Shown here: one piece after another, positions 8,697 through 16,753 of the stretch
Layout: the number at the start of each line of letters is the position of its first letter
Numbering within the stretch: position 1 is the first letter of the stretch
From: an uncultured Bacteroidota bacterium
GTDB taxonomy: Bacteria; Bacteroidota; Bacteroidia; Bacteroidales; SZUA-534
Assembly: GCA_937900725.1 (NCBI GenBank)
Contig: CALCFP010000400.1
Location: 1-29,071, forward strand
Direction of reading: 5' to 3'
DNA length: 29,071 nt
The notes under the pieces: generated by a model
What the model was told of the DNA's origin: nothing
What the model saw: the letters and a program-made list of their open reading frames with translations, nothing else
Database searches by the model: none
Position numbers and translations under genes: made by a program

Positions 8697-10013
8697 CTAC
8701 AACCACATAACATTGTACACTGGCATATATGTAATAATTCCTTTGTGTTTTATTTCACGCTCATTCGACAATACGATTGCCTCTTTAATATTGTATTCAT
8801 CTATTGTGGTGAAATGTAGCAAGGCACTATGTATGGAGTAATCGCGTCCCGATTTAACTTCTATGGGAACAATCGACAGTGAATCATAATTGTCAATTAA
8901 AAAATCGACTTCCCCGTGTTGCTTGTTGTCATAATAGTATAATTGATGCCCGTGTGCTTTTAGCTCTTGGGCGACAACTGATTCGTAAACAGTTCCCAAG
9001 TTTATATATCGGACTTCGTCAAGAATAGGTCGGATATTGTATTTATACAAAATGTTGGAAAGTATCCCCACATCATTCAAATACAATTTTAAAAGATTCT
9101 TTTGCGTTGACTCTATCAGCGGAAATTTCGGATTTGAAATGGCTTTTACGTCCAATGTGATTCCAGAGCGTATAAGATATTCAAATTCATCTTCGTAATC
9201 GCTGAATTGTTTCCCTAATTTTCCTTCTATGTCCTTTACAACAATTCGTTTTTTCTTGTTCTCCAAATTAGACGGAATTAAATCATAGACACGTTGTATC
9301 TTCAATCTGTTTTCTTTGTCGTAACGGGATGCGTCCACTTTATAGTAATTGTGGATTTCATTCTGAATAGTCCTTACTTCGACAATGTTTTTGTTAGCCA
9401 AAAAAGAATTTACAGCATCAGGCATTCCTCCTGTCAGCAAGTAATAACGAAATAGTGTGAAAACTCTGTTATGTAAAGGCTCGTCTAAACTTTCCCGTTT
9501 GAGGAATTGCTTTTTGAGATAGGCCAATGCTTCTGCACCAAAGCCATTTGCCATCAGAAACTCTTCAAAATCCAGCGGGTACATTTGCTTTACTTCAATA
9601 CTGCCGATTGGTATGCTCGGTGTTTGCATCAGGGCAATACCTAGTAGTGAACCGCTTGCCACATAGGTGTATTTGTCGTCAGATTTCAAAAATTTAAGCA
9701 TTGTCAGCAGTTGGGGATAAGCCTGAATTTCATCAAGAAACACTAGTGTGTTTTGGGCATTACCCAAATGGCCTCCTGCAAAGGAATTCAGTCGAACATA
9801 AAAATCGTCTATACTCTTAATGCTTTCGAATAGGCGTTCTGTCGATTTGTCTTCTTGAAGATTTATTTCGACGTAATTCTCAAAATGTGTCTTGCCTACA
9901 TGACGAATTATGAATGATTTGCCAATTTGTCGAGCGCCGTCAATCAGCAATATCTTATTCTTCCCCGATAAAAGGAAATCTTCTATATAATGAAGTATTT
10001 TTCTATATAACAT
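8697..10013 (-). CDS. AAA_14 ATPase with C-terminal DUF4143 (PD-(D/E)XK-like) domain
   Basis: Walker A GARQIGKS, Walker B LVFLDEIQ, SGSLL, YPLDFEEFL, GGMP, and C-terminal EVDFLI...PIEVKSG. Confidence 0.9.
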   Translation of the reverse strand: MLYRKILHYIEDFLLSGKNKILLIDGARQIGKSFIIRHVGKTHFENYVEINLQEDKSTERLFESIKSIDDFYVRLNSFAGGHLGNAQNTLVFLDEIQAYPQLLTMLKFLKSDDKYTYVASGSLLGIALMQTPSIPIGSIEVKQMYPLDFEEFLMANGFGAEALAYLKKQFLKRESLDEPLHNRVFTLFRYYLLTGGMPDAVNSFLANKNIVEVRTIQNEIHNYYKVDASRYDKENRLKIQRVYDLIPSNLENKKKRIVVKDIEGKLGKQFSDYEDEFEYLIRSGITLDVKAISNPKFPLIESTQKNLLKLYLNDVGILSNILYKYNIRPILDEVRYINLGTVYESVVAQELKAHGHQLYYYDNKQHGEVDFLIDNYDSLSIVPIEVKSGRDYSIHSALLHFTTIDEYNIKEAIVLSNEREIKHKGIITYMPVYNVMWL

Positions 10014-10037
10014 AGATTGCCGATGTTAAGTATATGG

Positions 10038-10045
10038 CAAATATA
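10038..10045 (-). promoter_or_regulatory. Putative -7 promoter box of the AAA ATPase gene
   Basis: Minus-strand TATATTTG (TAnnTTTG) about 25 nt upstream of the ATG at 10013. Confidence 0.55.
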
Positions 10046-10071
10046 CTATAATTCAATTGATTGAGAAATGT

Positions 10072-10149
10072 TTTGTCATTTTTCCATAAAATTCACGCTG
10101 CATATTTGTCATTTTTCCATAAAATAATCCTACGATTTTGTCATTTTTC
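10072..10149. repeat. Three direct repeats upstream of the AAA ATPase promoter
   Basis: tttgtcatttttccataaaat at 10072-10092 and 10105-10125, and partial tttgtcatttttc at 10137-10149; period 33 then 32 bp. Confidence 0.85.
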
Positions 10150-10156
10150 TTCAATT

Positions 10157-10238
10157 TTAACCACTAATTACACGAATTTTCACGAATGACTTTTTTTCGT
10201 GTTAATTAGTGTAATTCGTGGTATATGAAATTCGTGGT
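10157..10238. repeat. CACGAATT-family repeat cluster 3
   Basis: Forward ttaaccactaattacacgaattttcacgaa (10157-10186), inverted ttcgtgttaattagtgtaattcgtggt (10196-10222) and partial inverted tgaaattcgtggt (10226-10238). Confidence 0.95.
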
Positions 10239-10252
10239 CCGATGTTTAAATG

Positions 10253-10624
10253 TTAAAGTATGAAACGTTTGTATTTTAGACTTTGCTCTCCAAAGTTGAT
10301 TAATAACCCAACCTTCGTCTTGGTTGCTTTCATATAATTCAAAAGTTGTGCTTCGTGTTCAGGTAGCAATGCGGAAACGGCTTTCAGTTCAACAATTATT
10401 TTGTTGTAGCAAAAGAAGTCTGCATAGTATTTCTTTTTCAGTTCAATGTTTTTGTAGAATATTGTCAACTCTTTTTCCCTTTCAAAGTCAATGCCTTTGC
10501 TTTTCAACTCTATCTCCAGGGCTTCTTGATATACGGCTTCAAGGAATCCGTTGCCTAATTCCTTGTGTACTTCAATGCAAGCACCAATTATCTCGTAAAC
10601 TTCTTCTTTATAAAGTAAATCCAT
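10253..10624 (-). CDS. GxxExxY protein (PD-(D/E)XK nuclease-like, PDDEXK_3 family)
   Basis: 123 aa; IIGACIEVHKELGNGFLEAVYQEAL contains GxxExxY; YADF...IIVELK catalytic-type motif; HEAQLLNYMK...GLLINFG. Confidence 0.95.
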   Translation of the reverse strand: MDLLYKEEVYEIIGACIEVHKELGNGFLEAVYQEALEIELKSKGIDFEREKELTIFYKNIELKKKYYADFFCYNKIIVELKAVSALLPEHEAQLLNYMKATKTKVGLLINFGEQSLKYKRFIL

Positions 10625-10634
10625 CAGTTTGCTT

Positions 10635-10694
10635 TAATTAGTGTCAATTCGTGGTTACTTAAAAGATTAGTGTCAATTTGTGAAATTCGTGGTT
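10635..10694. repeat. CACGAATT-family repeat cluster 4
   Basis: Inverted-orientation arms only: taattagtgtcaattcgtggtta (10635-10657) and attagtgtcaatttgtgaaattcgtggtt (10666-10694). The second overlaps the GT4 TAA stop. Confidence 0.93.
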
Positions 10695-11818
10695 TATCTT
10701 TTATAAATTTCTAAAAGCCTATCCACATACGGCCCAATATCATACCTTTTTGCATACTCTTGCGCATACTGCGACATTGCTTGGTATTTCTGTTTATCGT
10801 TCCATATTTCAAGTATCTTATCGGCAAACAATTCGGCATTTTGCTCGTATATCATATATCCGTTTTTGCCTTCTTCAATTAAGTCGCGGTTGCCTTTGCC
10901 GTCAAGGGTTACAACTGGCACCCCTGCCGACATTGCTTCGAGCAAAACCAAACCAAAAGGTTCATATAAGGCAGAATGAACATATATATCCGATTTCCAC
11001 AAATAGTGTTCTACATCAGAAACATTGCCTTTTTGAATCACATTCCCTTGTAACCCATTTATTTCTATTTGTTGGGAAATCTTGTTGAACAAATATCCAT
11101 TACCCAACAACAGCAACTCAAAGTCAAGGGATCTTTTTCGTAACTCAATTGCCAAATCAATCAAGAACTTTTGATTCTTTTTTGCTTGATATGAACCAAC
11201 ATTTATCAATCGAAGTTTTTGAGTGAAATCAAATATTTTCTTTTTATGAAATTTTTGGTAATTAATTGCATTTGGCAGGTAGTAAATGTTTTTTCGTATG
11301 GACGAAGGCAAATTCTTGCCATAAAAATTTGATGTATCGTTTGAGATGCTTACAAATCGATTGGAACATTTTTGATATTTTGAAATCATTCTTTGTTTTT
11401 CAAGGAATTTTGCAAGTAAACTTTTGAAAAACAATGCTTTTATTGAAAATGATTCAAACTCAGGCATATTATTATGTGTGTGTGTGACATATATAATATT
11501 TTCACGAATATGCTCCCTGCTAACTAATTCTGCTGTATATGTATGGGAATGAATGATATCAGGGTTGAAATCATCTACTATTCTTTCGTATTCTGCTATA
11601 TCAATATCCGATTTGCCTAAAATTGACCATTTAACATAGGAATTACAATAAACAATATCTAGACCTTTTGACAATTCTTGGTATTCATTCTTTTTATTTA
11701 GGGCAACAATTCTTACAGAGACTTCAGGATGATATTCTTTTATGGCTTGGGATATGTCTAAAACGAGACGTTCCGCTCCACCTTTACCTAAACTCTGTAC
11801 AACTTGTAGGATTTTCAT
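10694..11818 (-). CDS. Glycosyltransferase family 4
   Basis: N-terminal GGAER, KKNQ, and EPFGLVLLEAMSAGVPVV. Confidence 0.93.
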   Translation of the reverse strand: MKILQVVQSLGKGGAERLVLDISQAIKEYHPEVSVRIVALNKKNEYQELSKGLDIVYCNSYVKWSILGKSDIDIAEYERIVDDFNPDIIHSHTYTAELVSREHIRENIIYVTHTHNNMPEFESFSIKALFFKSLLAKFLEKQRMISKYQKCSNRFVSISNDTSNFYGKNLPSSIRKNIYYLPNAINYQKFHKKKIFDFTQKLRLINVGSYQAKKNQKFLIDLAIELRKRSLDFELLLLGNGYLFNKISQQIEINGLQGNVIQKGNVSDVEHYLWKSDIYVHSALYEPFGLVLLEAMSAGVPVVTLDGKGNRDLIEEGKNGYMIYEQNAELFADKILEIWNDKQKYQAMSQYAQEYAKRYDIGPYVDRLLEIYKR

Positions 11819-12759
11819 ACATCAAAAGCATTTTTATCTATTCTATGAAACAGCAATTTTGATGTTTCTATTTCACTGTTAATAGGGTAATAATATACGG
11901 GTATTTCTTCTTTTCCAGCATATTTTGACTTCAATAATTCACATAATGCAGAATTTGAATAACAAGAATAACTAAACTTGTGAATACCTCGTTTTTTACA
12001 ATACTTATGTAAAAATGCTATTTCCTGTTGTAACTCATCCGCAGTTTGTACTTCAGAATATACAATCACCATTCCGTCCGACAACGACCACAAAAGCACT
12101 TTGTCTCCATATGTCAAACAAGAATAATGTCCATAAGTCTTATATTGCAAATAGTCAGCATCTATTTTTACACAAATTTTTCCATTGTTCACATCTGGAT
12201 TGGTGAAACGAGAAAGTATCTTATTATTAATCCATGTTTTCAGAACAGAAAAATAATGCCAATGGTAATTGAAATAATTGAGCGTTTTTAATAATGGATA
12301 CGTTTTTACATCAAAATCAAAGATATAAAACTCTCCTATTCGTTGCCATCCTTGTTTGTGCTCATACACAGGCCTTGCTTGCTCATTCGGAGTTACAAAA
12401 ATGCCATCAATTTTGCGATTCATTGCCTCTTGTTGCAATGCCGACAACATTTGGGAAAAATATCCCTTTCCACGACATACTCTCGCCATAACAAGATCTC
12501 CGCATTGGGCCAAAGTATATTTCCCAAATCTGTACAAAGTGGTACCACAAAGTCCAACAATATTCTCTTTATTATAACCAGCAAAACCAAGTAGTGGTTC
12601 ATTAACCCAGTCTGTAGAATATTTCTTCTTGAAGTAGCGATAAGAAAAAGATTTTCCTCGTTCTGTATTAAAAAAATCAAGGATTTCTTTTATATCTTTT
12701 TCTGTTATTTTTTTTATCACTATCTCATCCATAGTAATGTTAATGTTTGGGTTAATCAT
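11815..12759 (-). CDS. GNAT-family N-acyltransferase
   Basis: Acyl-CoA-binding motif A (CRGKGYFS) and TPNEQA motif; located inside the glycan operon. Confidence 0.75.
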   Translation of the reverse strand: MINPNINITMDEIVIKKITEKDIKEILDFFNTERGKSFSYRYFKKKYSTDWVNEPLLGFAGYNKENIVGLCGTTLYRFGKYTLAQCGDLVMARVCRGKGYFSQMLSALQQEAMNRKIDGIFVTPNEQARPVYEHKQGWQRIGEFYIFDFDVKTYPLLKTLNYFNYHWHYFSVLKTWINNKILSRFTNPDVNNGKICVKIDADYLQYKTYGHYSCLTYGDKVLLWSLSDGMVIVYSEVQTADELQQEIAFLHKYCKKRGIHKFSYSCYSNSALCELLKSKYAGKEEIPVYYYPINSEIETSKLLFHRIDKNAFDV

Positions 12760-12871
12760 TTTTGCTATTATTCACGTCCTCTCTTTTCTGTAACTCATTA
12801 CAAATATCCAAGCAAAGCCGTTCTGCGCCGCCTTTACGTAAACAAGGGATTATATGAAGAATGCGAGTCAT
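12752..12871 (-). pseudogene. Collapsed GT4 glycosyltransferase remnant (39 aa)
   Basis: Below the ORF-track cutoff. Manual translation MTRILHIIPCLRKGGAERLCLDICNELQKREDVNNSKND* resembles the N-terminus of the GT4 at 10694-11818 (MKILQVVQSLGKGGAERLVLDI). Its stop overlaps the GNAT start (ATGATTAA). Confidence 0.75.
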
Positions 12872-12898
12872 TAGATTTCTATTCTATAATTTAGGGAA

Positions 12899-12921
12899 TA
12901 CGAATTGCACTAATTAACACT
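12899..12921. repeat. CACGAATT-family repeat cluster 5 (single arm)
   Basis: tacgaattgcactaattaacact; supplies the TAG stop of the RhuM fragment. Confidence 0.8.
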
Positions 12922-13146
12922 GCGTTTGCCTTCTTGTTGAACTATTCGAATTTTTCTAATAGTTCGTTCTTCTTGTATTTCACCACTTTGAAATATGTCC
13001 TTTAAATGATAGTTTATAGTCGGGACTTCCACACAAAACAATTCAGCCATTCGCTTTTGCGTAAGCCAAAATGTTCCATCTTCGTACTGTACTAGTACGC
13101 TTATATTCGCATCATTTGTAGTGTATAGTATGATATTACTCTCCAT
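12910..13146 (-). pseudogene. Truncated virulence RhuM-family protein (N-terminal 78 aa; likely start ATG 13146)
   Basis: IILYTT...WLTQKRMAELF...TINYHLKDIFQSGEI...TIRKIRIVQQEGKRSV is the RhuM N-terminus. It stops before the family's YNLD..IIxVGYRV segment. A TAAATTTG -7 box at 13165-13172 supports the 13146 start. Confidence 0.8.
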
Positions 13147-13252
13147 TCTGTTTGTTTTTCGTAGCAAATTTACGTTTTTCCAGCATAATGGTCAAAATAA
13201 GGCACCTACAAATATTTTTAGATGTTTTCCGGGACGTTGTGACTATTTTGTT

Positions 13253-13340
13253 CAATTAACACTAATTTCATTAACTCTTTCGTGTAATAAGTGTTAATAA
13301 AGAGCAATAAGTTTCGTGGAAATTCGTGTAATTAGTGGTT
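13253..13340. repeat. CACGAATT-family repeat cluster 6
   Basis: Degenerate forward caattaacactaatttca (13253-13270); inverted ttcgtgtaataagtgttaat (13279-13298) and ttcgtggaaattcgtgtaattagtggtt (13313-13340). Confidence 0.9.
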
Positions 13341-13344
13341 CAAG

Positions 13345-13512
13345 TTATCTTTCAAACCGTTTCTTTATATTCAAGAAAAACTTTTCGTATGTCTCAAATC
13401 CAAACAACGATTGCCCGAGATTATTCTGTCGAAACAATTCTATGTGCCCTATCATTACCACTATAGCAGCAATGGCACGAAAAGTATCAAGATTGCGGAT
13501 ACGTTGTTTCAT
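13345..13512 (-). pseudogene. Internally deleted acyltransferase-3 (OafA-like O-acyltransferase) remnant (55 aa)
   Basis: Manual translation MKQRIRNLDTFRAIAAIVVMIGHIELFRQNNLGQSLFGFETYEKFFLNIKKRFER*. The N-terminal LD-x-F-R-x10-H motif is joined to a C-terminal-type YEKFFLNIKKRF tail; full-length members are roughly 350 aa. Confidence 0.72.
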
Positions 13513-13515
13513 ATT

Positions 13516-14553
13516 TTACGCATCAAGAAATGATGTTGATCGCTCTTGTGAAAGAACATTTAGCAGTTTTGCATAAGCAATACATTCTCTCCCAATAGAT
13601 TCTCTATCTTTCAAAACTTCTTCTATTTTTTTATATATGTGCCAAGAATCATCAAATCCTTCTACTATTAATTTTCGCTTCAAATCTTCGTTGTAATCAA
13701 AGAAGGAACTGGTATATGCAGATATGCATGGTACACCTTGCGAAATACTTTCAGAACACACTTGACCTCCCATTCCCTCACTAAACGTTACATGAATATT
13801 TATTGTCATTTGGGATAACAAATCCACAAATTCGTCGTGCGACATCAAATCATAGTATTTGATTCTATCTTGCGGTAAATATGACAATTCATTTGTCCTA
13901 AACGTGTGCAATATTGAATTCTCTTTCATTATTGTAGCAACTGCTTGATTGTGTATGTTTTTTCTGAAAGAGGTGTTGACAAGCACACCTATATTTAAAT
14001 TGTCATCGCAATTTCTTACAGACTCTGCAATACAACGATTAGGTAATATTATTTCAAACGTCGGAACTGAATACAACTTAGATAAACTAAGAGCTAAACC
14101 TTTCTTTACGCATCCTATAGCTGAAATTCTATTCTTGTTAACATAAATCAACATTGAATTAAATGCATCTATCTGTTTTTTATTTCCAGACAGTTCGGAA
14201 AGAAACCCGTGATAAACTACCTTTATTTTTGTTTGAATATTTATTTTGTCAATAATCTTACCGAAATAGGGTAAAAAACCATTAAATACAATTTGCTTGA
14301 AATTCAATTCGTTCAACAAATTGGACAATTTTTGCAACTGTTCATCGGTCAGCAATTGATTAGAAAAATTTTGTGGTATTTGAAATGTGCAATCAGGAAA
14401 CAACGATAAGGAAGCAACTTGAACGCCCAACCAAGAATATCCTGTTGGTTTCGGACAAATTGACAATATTTCGCTACGTTGTCTTATATTCTTCAATTCG
14501 TCAATTATTTCTATATCCAAGTCTTTAGGCTTGCCTAAGAAATGTATCTTCAT
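13516..14553 (-). CDS. Putative GT-B-fold glycosyltransferase-like protein
   Basis: FRKNIHNQ and TFSEGMGGQVCSESISQGVPCI resemble the GT4 C-terminal motif; operon context. Confidence 0.55.
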   Translation of the reverse strand: MKIHFLGKPKDLDIEIIDELKNIRQRSEILSICPKPTGYSWLGVQVASLSLFPDCTFQIPQNFSNQLLTDEQLQKLSNLLNELNFKQIVFNGFLPYFGKIIDKINIQTKIKVVYHGFLSELSGNKKQIDAFNSMLIYVNKNRISAIGCVKKGLALSLSKLYSVPTFEIILPNRCIAESVRNCDDNLNIGVLVNTSFRKNIHNQAVATIMKENSILHTFRTNELSYLPQDRIKYYDLMSHDEFVDLLSQMTINIHVTFSEGMGGQVCSESISQGVPCISAYTSSFFDYNEDLKRKLIVEGFDDSWHIYKKIEEVLKDRESIGRECIAYAKLLNVLSQERSTSFLDA

Positions 14554-15559
14554 AACAATTGGTTTTAAAGTTTTTGGATGACGATAAATTATTTTTAAAT
14601 AATATCATCAATCCATATTTTCTTATCAAATAATAATATTTCGAACGAAATTTTTTTTCGCTCAATACATATTCATTAAAATTTTGATGACGTATTTTTG
14701 CCAAAAAATATAATAAAGAATCTAATACTAAATTAAAATATTCAAAAATTAAACATAATGCTAAAAATATGCGTCCCCGACATTTCCTTAGCATTACCCA
14801 ATCTGAAACAATTATTTGTGCTCGTTTCAACACGTCATCGGGCATACTTGCACTTCCAATATGAATCAATTGATTTTCGGAATAATGATAAAATTTCATA
14901 CCTTTTTTACGAGCATTCCAACACCATTCAATATCCTCGCCATAAAGAAATAAGTCGTTATCGAAAAACAACTCTTTTGATAGAACAACTTGTCGGTCAA
15001 CTAATAAAAATGCACCATTAATCCAAACTACAAAATCTGATTTTTGATGTGCATCATATTGCAAACGTTTTTCTTCTTGCATCGGATATTTTTTCAATAA
15101 TCTATTTGTCAATAAAATATACAACACATTAGCATGCAACCGGTCTTTCAAATTTGGGAAACGCAAACGCAATGTTTCTTGATAAGACCCATCTTTGTTA
15201 CACAATTTTGTGCCAAAGACAATGTTTTTGTCATTCAAAAACTGCAAATGTTGAATACAATTCATTAGAACATTGTCGGTCGGTATTATAATATCTGAAT
15301 TTAAGAATAATATAAAATCACCTTTCGCTTGCTTTATTCCGACATTATTAGCTCGCCCAAATCCACTATTATAATCCATTTGTACCCACTTCAACTTGGG
15401 ACAAATAGATAATAATTTACATTCGCTATCATCATTTGAATAGTTGTCAACTACAATTATCTCATAATCAATTGTTTTTTCGTGCTCAACAATTGATTGG
15501 ACACATTGTGTTATCAGATGAGGATTCTTATAATTTACTATTATTATTGATAGCAACAT
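14525..15559 (-). CDS. Glycosyltransferase family 2
   Basis: LSIIIVNY, IIVVDNYSND, NSGFGRANNVG, FLNSD and FLYGEDIEWC. Confidence 0.92.
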   Translation of the reverse strand: MLLSIIIVNYKNPHLITQCVQSIVEHEKTIDYEIIVVDNYSNDDSECKLLSICPKLKWVQMDYNSGFGRANNVGIKQAKGDFILFLNSDIIIPTDNVLMNCIQHLQFLNDKNIVFGTKLCNKDGSYQETLRLRFPNLKDRLHANVLYILLTNRLLKKYPMQEEKRLQYDAHQKSDFVVWINGAFLLVDRQVVLSKELFFDNDLFLYGEDIEWCWNARKKGMKFYHYSENQLIHIGSASMPDDVLKRAQIIVSDWVMLRKCRGRIFLALCLIFEYFNLVLDSLLYFLAKIRHQNFNEYVLSEKKFRSKYYYLIRKYGLMILFKNNLSSSKNFKTNCYEDTFLRQA

Positions 15560-16753
15560 TTACTTAATGAGAGATTTATAAATGGCTGAAATCCTGTTGC
15601 GAAATATTTCGGAACCAAATTTTTCAACAATATGTTTTCTTATATATTCTGGATTAAACTCATGGTAATGTTGTTTGACAAGCCTTATTTTGTCAGCCAT
15701 GGATTTCGGATCTTTTATGGGCACAATGTATCCATTAAAACCATCTTTCATATAATCATTGCAACCACCATTGGCAGTTGTTACCACCGGTCGCCCACAA
15801 AGCATAGCCTCACAAATTGCAACCCCAAAAGATTCGGCAATACTTGTTGAAACCAAAACGTGAGAACGGGCATACAAATCATTCATTTCATCTCTTGTCG
15901 CCTTTGTAACAATCTCCACAGAGTCTGAGACACCATAATCATGAGCCATTTTTGAATAGACATTCTCATCATACTCACCTTTCAGTTCGCCTCCCCCAAC
16001 TATTATTGCTCGAATTTCACCTTTTAGTAAGGCAACAGTTTTGAAAAAGGTATCAGCATCTTTTATAAAGTTAGGATAATATGTAATCCATATTACAGTA
16101 AACGTTGACGCTATGTTCGGCTTTATACAGAACAAATTTTCATTAACTAAATTACCAACAGCAATTGGATTACAATCTATTTCGTTCATCAAAATATGTT
16201 GTCTTTGATGATTGCTTACAGCCAATACAGCATTGGCGGTTTCAAGACATTCTACTATTTTATGTTCCCAAAACTTATTGTATATATTAAGTCGAAAAGG
16301 ATTCATGTGCTCTGTTACACAATATGGAATATTCAATTTTTTTGATAAGAACATTGTTATTATTCCGCCTTGTAGAGAACAGTGCGCATGTATTAAATCA
16401 GGTTTCCAATTTAATTGTTTAATAAAATACTCTTCTAAAACCTCACAATAATTATCAACCTCTATTTCCAAATTTTTTTCATCAGAATACGCTTTTATAA
16501 AATCGTATTCAAAATGATACGTTGGAGGTGTATTAATAAAATAAGGAGAAACTGCCCTTTCATGTTTCTTAAAGTGCTTTTCGAAAAACAATCTCCTTGA
16601 GGAAATCCAACGCTTCGACGACACCAAAACTTTTACATCATACTCCGGTATCATAAGTTCCGATTGCTCCTTGAAAAAGGAACCTGATGTTGGTGCTTCA
16701 GGTGTAGCATACCAGGATGTGAGGATTAGTATTTTATTCTTTGACATAATCAT
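15560..16753 (-). CDS. Glycosyltransferase family 4
   Basis: PDLIHAH, VTEH and ESFGVAICEAMLCGRPVV. Confidence 0.92.
   Translation of the reverse strand: MIMSKNKILILTSWYATPEAPTSGSFFKEQSELMIPEYDVKVLVSSKRWISSRRLFFEKHFKKHERAVSPYFINTPPTYHFEYDFIKAYSDEKNLEIEVDNYCEVLEEYFIKQLNWKPDLIHAHCSLQGGIITMFLSKKLNIPYCVTEHMNPFRLNIYNKFWEHKIVECLETANAVLAVSNHQRQHILMNEIDCNPIAVGNLVNENLFCIKPNIASTFTVIWITYYPNFIKDADTFFKTVALLKGEIRAIIVGGGELKGEYDENVYSKMAHDYGVSDSVEIVTKATRDEMNDLYARSHVLVSTSIAESFGVAICEAMLCGRPVVTTANGGCNDYMKDGFNGYIVPIKDPKSMADKIRLVKQHYHEFNPEYIRKHIVEKFGSEIFRNRISAIYKSLIK

Noticed and set aside
10072..10149. 21-bp direct repeats as a mini-CRISPR
   Set aside because: Spacers are only 11-12 bp and the third copy is partial; the position over a promoter fits operator sites better.
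11475..11486. (TG)6 tract in a GT4 gene as a phase-variation switch
   Set aside because: Short, in frame and encodes a plausible THTH segment; no evidence of length variation from a single sequence.
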